A stretch of 64,000 bases of DNA from Spirochaetia bacterium (lineage in GTDB: Bacteria > Spirochaetota > Spirochaetia > WTKD01 > G963693115). This document shows, piece after piece, positions 59,797 through 64,000 of the stretch. The notes beneath the pieces are model-generated. The model had not been told where the DNA came from. It saw only the letters and a list, made by a program, of their open reading frames with translations, and ran no database searches. The translations under genes were made by a program, and so were the position numbers. The stretch spans positions 893,440 through 957,439 of the forward strand of contig CBDDCA010000006.1 in the NCBI GenBank assembly GCA_965226055.1, in the 5' to 3' direction. Numbering within the stretch: the first letter of the stretch is position 1; each line of letters starts with the position of its first letter.

Positions 59797-61371
59797 TTAG
59801 GGCTGTGCTAGCATAGCTTTTGCAATAGTACGATTAAACACAATGGTAAATCCATTGTCGCGTTGTATGGAGACAAGCCCTATTTTTTTTGGTATTCTTC
59901 GTAGGTATTTTACCTGTGTGTAATGGAGATCAATAGTGTTTCCATGCACACATTTACTAAATAAACAGGCAAGCTGTGCTGCCGTTTCAAGTCTATTGAG
60001 AGGAATAGCCTGTTTATTTAGAGCTCGTATAAACACAAAAGCCCCCGATGTTCCACGAACATGCATCCAAATATCGTTGCCACGGGCAATATGGCGCAGA
60101 AGAGTATCGTTTTCTTTTGCATTTCTTCCTATAAAGAATGTATATTTTTCGGTATGGATATGAATACCGATGTGCTTATGTTGTTTTGCAACAGGTGATT
60201 GTGTATTTGAGCTATGCTGTTGTGCTTTTTTCTGATACTCTCTGCTACCACTGTCAAGGAGATAATGAGAATCTAGTTTATGTGCAAACATACTATGCTT
60301 TACTATTTTTGCTACTTCATGTAAGGTAGCTTCAATATTGAGTGGTAGGGTATCAGGATGCTCTTGTATTGCTATTATTTCCTGATATTGCTGTATTTGT
60401 AATAATAGCTGTCGGGCTTTTTGTATATTGTTGTAGTTTTGTTCTAAATCAATATGCTTTTCTTTTAATGTCTCAAGTTTTTTGTTTGATTTCTTGTATT
60501 TTTGAAAATATTTCTCGGCATTTTGTGCAGGACTAAGGCTAGTGTCAAGATGTACTGTGATGGATTCTTTTGTTTGCGGGTGAGTAATATACAGCCATTC
60601 TTGTTGTGGGGCTATGTTGTGTAAGTGAGCTAATATTTCGTTGCCAATAAACAATGAAATATCAAACTGTGAGTGATATTCAATTTGTTCTTGTATGGCA
60701 CTGAGTGTTTTTTTTAGGTACGGTAATGCTTTTTGTACAATGGAGAGAAGATGCGTTTCTTTTTTTTCAAGGTATGTTTGTTGGTGGAGCTTTCTATAGT
60801 GTTGAGCAATATAATCATTAAAAGGGTGCGTGCTATTATCATCTCTGTTCCATTGTCGTACTGTTGTGTGTATATGTTTTTCTGTTTGTGTTGGTGGGGT
60901 AATTGCTATCATAGGTTTTTTTGGCATAATGTTTGCTTGAGGACGGCGATAGAGTGCATCAATGATGGTATTGTTGTTATCGTATAAAATGATATTTGCT
61001 TGATTATTCCATAGTCGAGCAAACAAATACAGGTATTCTGCTTGCGTATGAGATAATCGTTTTTTACATGTAAGCACTATCATTCTGTCTTTGTAGAGAT
61101 GTTCTATCGATTCAACTGTGGCTCCTACGAGGCGAGATTGTAATAATTGTTGAAAGCGTGGGGGGTGTTTAGGTTTTTTTGAAGCATGTTTTTCTGTATG
61201 CATACGAACGGTATTTTGTGCAAGGTAAAAATAAAGATGCTGTAGCTGATGAGAAGCGTAAATGCCTAAGTATAATGTATGAAATTCTGGTTGCCGTATT
61301 TGTTGTATTTTTCCTTGTGTAAATGATAGTTCTGAGAGAATCAGATCAATTTCTTTCCAATTAAGAGACAT
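59797..61371 (-). CDS. rqcH: NFACT/RqcH (FbpA) family protein
   Basis: MSLNWKEID, DRMIV, ARLWNNQANIIL, NAEKYFQKYKK, IGRNAKEND.L, DIWMHVRGTSGAFV. Confidence 0.88.
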   Translation of the reverse strand: MSLNWKEIDLILSELSFTQGKIQQIRQPEFHTLYLGIYASHQLQHLYFYLAQNTVRMHTEKHASKKPKHPPRFQQLLQSRLVGATVESIEHLYKDRMIVLTCKKRLSHTQAEYLYLFARLWNNQANIILYDNNNTIIDALYRRPQANIMPKKPMIAITPPTQTEKHIHTTVRQWNRDDNSTHPFNDYIAQHYRKLHQQTYLEKKETHLLSIVQKALPYLKKTLSAIQEQIEYHSQFDISLFIGNEILAHLHNIAPQQEWLYITHPQTKESITVHLDTSLSPAQNAEKYFQKYKKSNKKLETLKEKHIDLEQNYNNIQKARQLLLQIQQYQEIIAIQEHPDTLPLNIEATLHEVAKIVKHSMFAHKLDSHYLLDSGSREYQKKAQQHSSNTQSPVAKQHKHIGIHIHTEKYTFFIGRNAKENDTLLRHIARGNDIWMHVRGTSGAFVFIRALNKQAIPLNRLETAAQLACLFSKCVHGNTIDLHYTQVKYLRRIPKKIGLVSIQRDNGFTIVFNRTIAKAMLAQP

Positions 61372-62770
61372 TATTGTATTCCTTTTGTTGTTGTATATAT
61401 TGCTTGCGTAGTTCAGCACAAAGATAGGTAGAGCCTGCTATGATTATCATTGCATTTTTTTTATGAGCAATGGTAAGTCCTTTTTGAAATGCTGTGTGAT
61501 AATCTGTAATACATTGAAGTGACTGTAATGTTGGCTGTGCTTGTTTACAGGCAAGGTACAGTTTTTTTGCAGGCATTGGTTTTCGTGTGCCTGCTGTAGT
61601 GATTATTATTTTTTCAAAGAGAGGCAAGAGAGTTGCTATTGTATTGACAATGGCTACAGGATCCTTATCTTTCGATAATCCCATTATGAGTACCAGAGGG
61701 GTAAAGCGGAGTGTTGCCATACCGAGACTAGCAAGTAGTGATTGTGCGGTATGAGCAATGTCTATGTAGAGGGGAGGAGTGCCTGATATAATTTCGGCAC
61801 GACAAGGAATTTGTACTTCATGAGAAAATCGTACTGTAGCGCTACTATGTTTGTATGGAGTGCTATGTAATTGTGTATGTATGTGTAGTATCTGAAAAGC
61901 ACAGAAAGCAAGTAATTGGTTTTCGATAATAGGCTTGAGAATACTTGGGGTATGTACTGTATAGGATGAGAGTACCCCATTGAGCGTAATTTCCATAGCT
62001 ATATGTGTTGTATTTGAGTTGGTTACATTTCCTACAGTATCGCTGTATGAATGTATTGTATATTTTGTTATATCTGAAAAAAAATAACAAGGAGCGTTAT
62101 GTTCTAACGCTACAGTAGAAAACACTGTATGTACTTGTTTGTACACTTGCTTGCCAATGAGTACAGGAGTATTTTTTTTTATGATACCAGCTTTTTGTGT
62201 TGCAATTTCTTCTAGGGTGTTTCCTAATATAGCACGATGTTCGTATTCAATGGTGCTGATGATGCTTAGTTTTGGCTGTATAACATTTGTAGTATCAAAA
62301 AGTCCTCCTATGCCAACTTCGATTATTGCCCACTGCACCTTTTTTTGCTGAAATATAAGTAAGCTAATAGCAAACAGTTTTTCAAACATAGTGGGTGCTA
62401 ACGCTGTTGTTTCTGCTTGCTTTTTGTTGTATGTTTCAATAAGAGTATATAGGTGATTTATTGCCCAAAGAAAATAAGGGGTATCTATATTTTTTCCATT
62501 GATTTTTATTCTTTCATTGTAGTGCATAATATGAGGAGAGCTAAACAGTCCCGTGCTATAATTGTTTTTACAAAGTAGGTGAGAGAGTGCAATGGCAGTG
62601 CTACTTTTTCCTTTTGATCCTGCTATATGAACAATGTTTAGGTCCTTATGAGGATTATTACATAGTGTTAGTATTGTTTGTATTCTTTGTAGTTTATGAG
62701 GGGTATGTTGGTATGTAAGGTTATCGTATTGCTCTATCCATGATAATGCTTGCTGTAATGTGGTAAACAA
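61361..62770 (-). CDS. folC: Folylpolyglutamate synthase/dihydrofolate synthase
   Basis: VHIAGSKGKSS, FSSPH..YNERI, EVGIGGLFDTTN, EH..ILG.TL.EIA.QKAGIIK, DIAHT. Confidence 0.92.
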   Translation of the reverse strand: MFTTLQQALSWIEQYDNLTYQHTPHKLQRIQTILTLCNNPHKDLNIVHIAGSKGKSSTAIALSHLLCKNNYSTGLFSSPHIMHYNERIKINGKNIDTPYFLWAINHLYTLIETYNKKQAETTALAPTMFEKLFAISLLIFQQKKVQWAIIEVGIGGLFDTTNVIQPKLSIISTIEYEHRAILGNTLEEIATQKAGIIKKNTPVLIGKQVYKQVHTVFSTVALEHNAPCYFFSDITKYTIHSYSDTVGNVTNSNTTHIAMEITLNGVLSSYTVHTPSILKPIIENQLLAFCAFQILHIHTQLHSTPYKHSSATVRFSHEVQIPCRAEIISGTPPLYIDIAHTAQSLLASLGMATLRFTPLVLIMGLSKDKDPVAIVNTIATLLPLFEKIIITTAGTRKPMPAKKLYLACKQAQPTLQSLQCITDYHTAFQKGLTIAHKKNAMIIIAGSTYLCAELRKQYIQQQKEYNNVS

Positions 62771-62781
62771 GGGATATACCT

Positions 62782-63999
62782 TTATTTTTGAGTATCTTTA
62801 GGTTTTGTTTCTGTTGGTTGTAATATTGTCTTAAATGCCTGAGTGCGTTGTATAAATGTTTCTGTTTTTTTTGATTGAAATGGTGCTGTTTTGCTATTAT
62901 TTTTTTGTAAAGTAGTATTTTGTTGTTCACGATGCTCTAATGCTTTTTTATGAAAATGAAACCCTTCGTATTCTGCTAATGTTTGTACATGCGGAGAAAG
63001 TTTCTCAAATCCTTTGGGAGTAACTTGAATGATAGCACTTTCTTTTATAAAGTCTTTTACTGATACTCCCGAATAACTGCGTGCCATACCTCCAGTAGGG
63101 AGTACTGCGTTTGCACCAGCTATATAGTTTGCTATACTAAAGGGACTGTGCTTGCCAAGGAGTATTTCTCCTGCGTTGGTAATTTTGCTCAGTATTTTAG
63201 AAGGCCACTCAGAATGTACTAGAAGATGTTCTGGTGCTATAAGGTTGCTTATGCTGATAGATTCTTGGAGGCTACTGGTGATAATTACTCCAATATAGGT
63301 TGAAAAGACTTTTAATAATATTTCTTGTTGTAATGGCGGAGCTTGTTCTATAATCTTGTTGAGATGTTTTGCCACTGTATGTGCAAACTCTTTTTTATGA
63401 GTAAGTACTATTGCCATTGAATCTTCTCCGTGTTCTGCTTCAATACAAAGATCGTACGCTACAATATCTGCAGGAGTGGTAGCATCGGTAATAATAAGTG
63501 ATTCTGATGGTCCAGCAGGAAGCCCCACATCTACATATGTACGTACATAATGCTTTGCTGCACTTACTATGGCACTGCCTGGTCCTATAATTTTGTTGAC
63601 TGCAGGTATTGTTTTAGTACCATAGGCGAGTGCTGCAATAGACTGTACTCCTCCTATTTTGTATATTTCATGAATATTACAGAGCTTTGCAGCATAAAGA
63701 CATGCACTATCTAGCGTTCCGTTTTTAAGAGGAGGGGATACCATAACAATACGTGGTACTTCTGCAATCAATGCAGGGATAGCAAGCATATATACCATAG
63801 AAGGAAAGCTCCCTTTTCCTTGAGGTATATATAGCCCTACCGAATCAATAGGGTTAGTCATGGATCCAATAAATACTCCTTGTCCATTTTCACTTAGGGG
63901 AGTATTTTGAACATGTTTATTTTTTAAGTGATAATTATATACATTTTGGTATGCTAAACGTATTGCTTTTTTTATCTCTTCACTGAGATTTTTTTCAGC
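62782..63999 (-). CDS. hisD: Histidinol dehydrogenase homolog (5' end outside window)
   Basis: GLYIPQGKGSFPS, GGVQSIAALAYGT, GPG, PAGPSE, EAEHG, APEHL, VLPT; the frame stays open from 63861 to the window end. Confidence 0.8.
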   Translation of the reverse strand, partial: AEKNLSEEIKKAIRLAYQNVYNYHLKNKHVQNTPLSENGQGVFIGSMTNPIDSVGLYIPQGKGSFPSMVYMLAIPALIAEVPRIVMVSPPLKNGTLDSACLYAAKLCNIHEIYKIGGVQSIAALAYGTKTIPAVNKIIGPGSAIVSAAKHYVRTYVDVGLPAGPSESLIITDATTPADIVAYDLCIEAEHGEDSMAIVLTHKKEFAHTVAKHLNKIIEQAPPLQQEILLKVFSTYIGVIITSSLQESISISNLIAPEHLLVHSEWPSKILSKITNAGEILLGKHSPFSIANYIAGANAVLPTGGMARSYSGVSVKDFIKESAIIQVTPKGFEKLSPHVQTLAEYEGFHFHKKALEHREQQNTTLQKNNSKTAPFQSKKTETFIQRTQAFKTILQPTETKPKDTQK

Positions 64000-64000
64000 T

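Noticed and set aside
62782-63999. HisD homolog as DHPS dehydrogenase HpsN linked to the sulfosugar cluster
   Set aside because: It is 14 kb away among housekeeping genes, and its motifs (GKGSFPS, SIANY) differ from those I recall for HpsN (GGRY, GDK).

Overview
AT-rich bacterial chromosome segment, most likely from a spirochaete. Evidence: the order prfB-PEGA protein-ftsY-hypothetical-lolC/lolD/lolE, spirochaete-style lipoprotein signal peptides and an unlinked 5S rRNA. It holds housekeeping genes (pntAA/AB/B, galE, fabH, lolCDE-like, ftsY, frameshifting prfB, comM/yifB, murD, rqcH/NFACT, folC, a hisD-like gene), tRNA-Ser, tRNA-Ala and three giant BspA/DUF285-repeat surface lipoproteins. There are also several small accessory islets: a frameshifted ABC-type ATPase between two tRNAs, and a two-gene aspartic-protease module bounded by a 31-bp duplication of the comM 3' end. 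The strongest candidate for an undescribed system is the 36.4-48.9 kb cluster, which looks like a variant sulfoquinovose transaldolase (sulfo-TAL/SFT) pathway. It encodes a GH188-like NAD+-dependent sulfoquinovosidase, TRAP import, a sulfofructose transaldolase, DUF4867 and a TauE exporter. It lacks the canonical SQ isomerase and GH31 enzyme, and an IolB/KduI-like cupin sits where an isomerase would be expected. All family assignments come from motif recognition, not from database searches.
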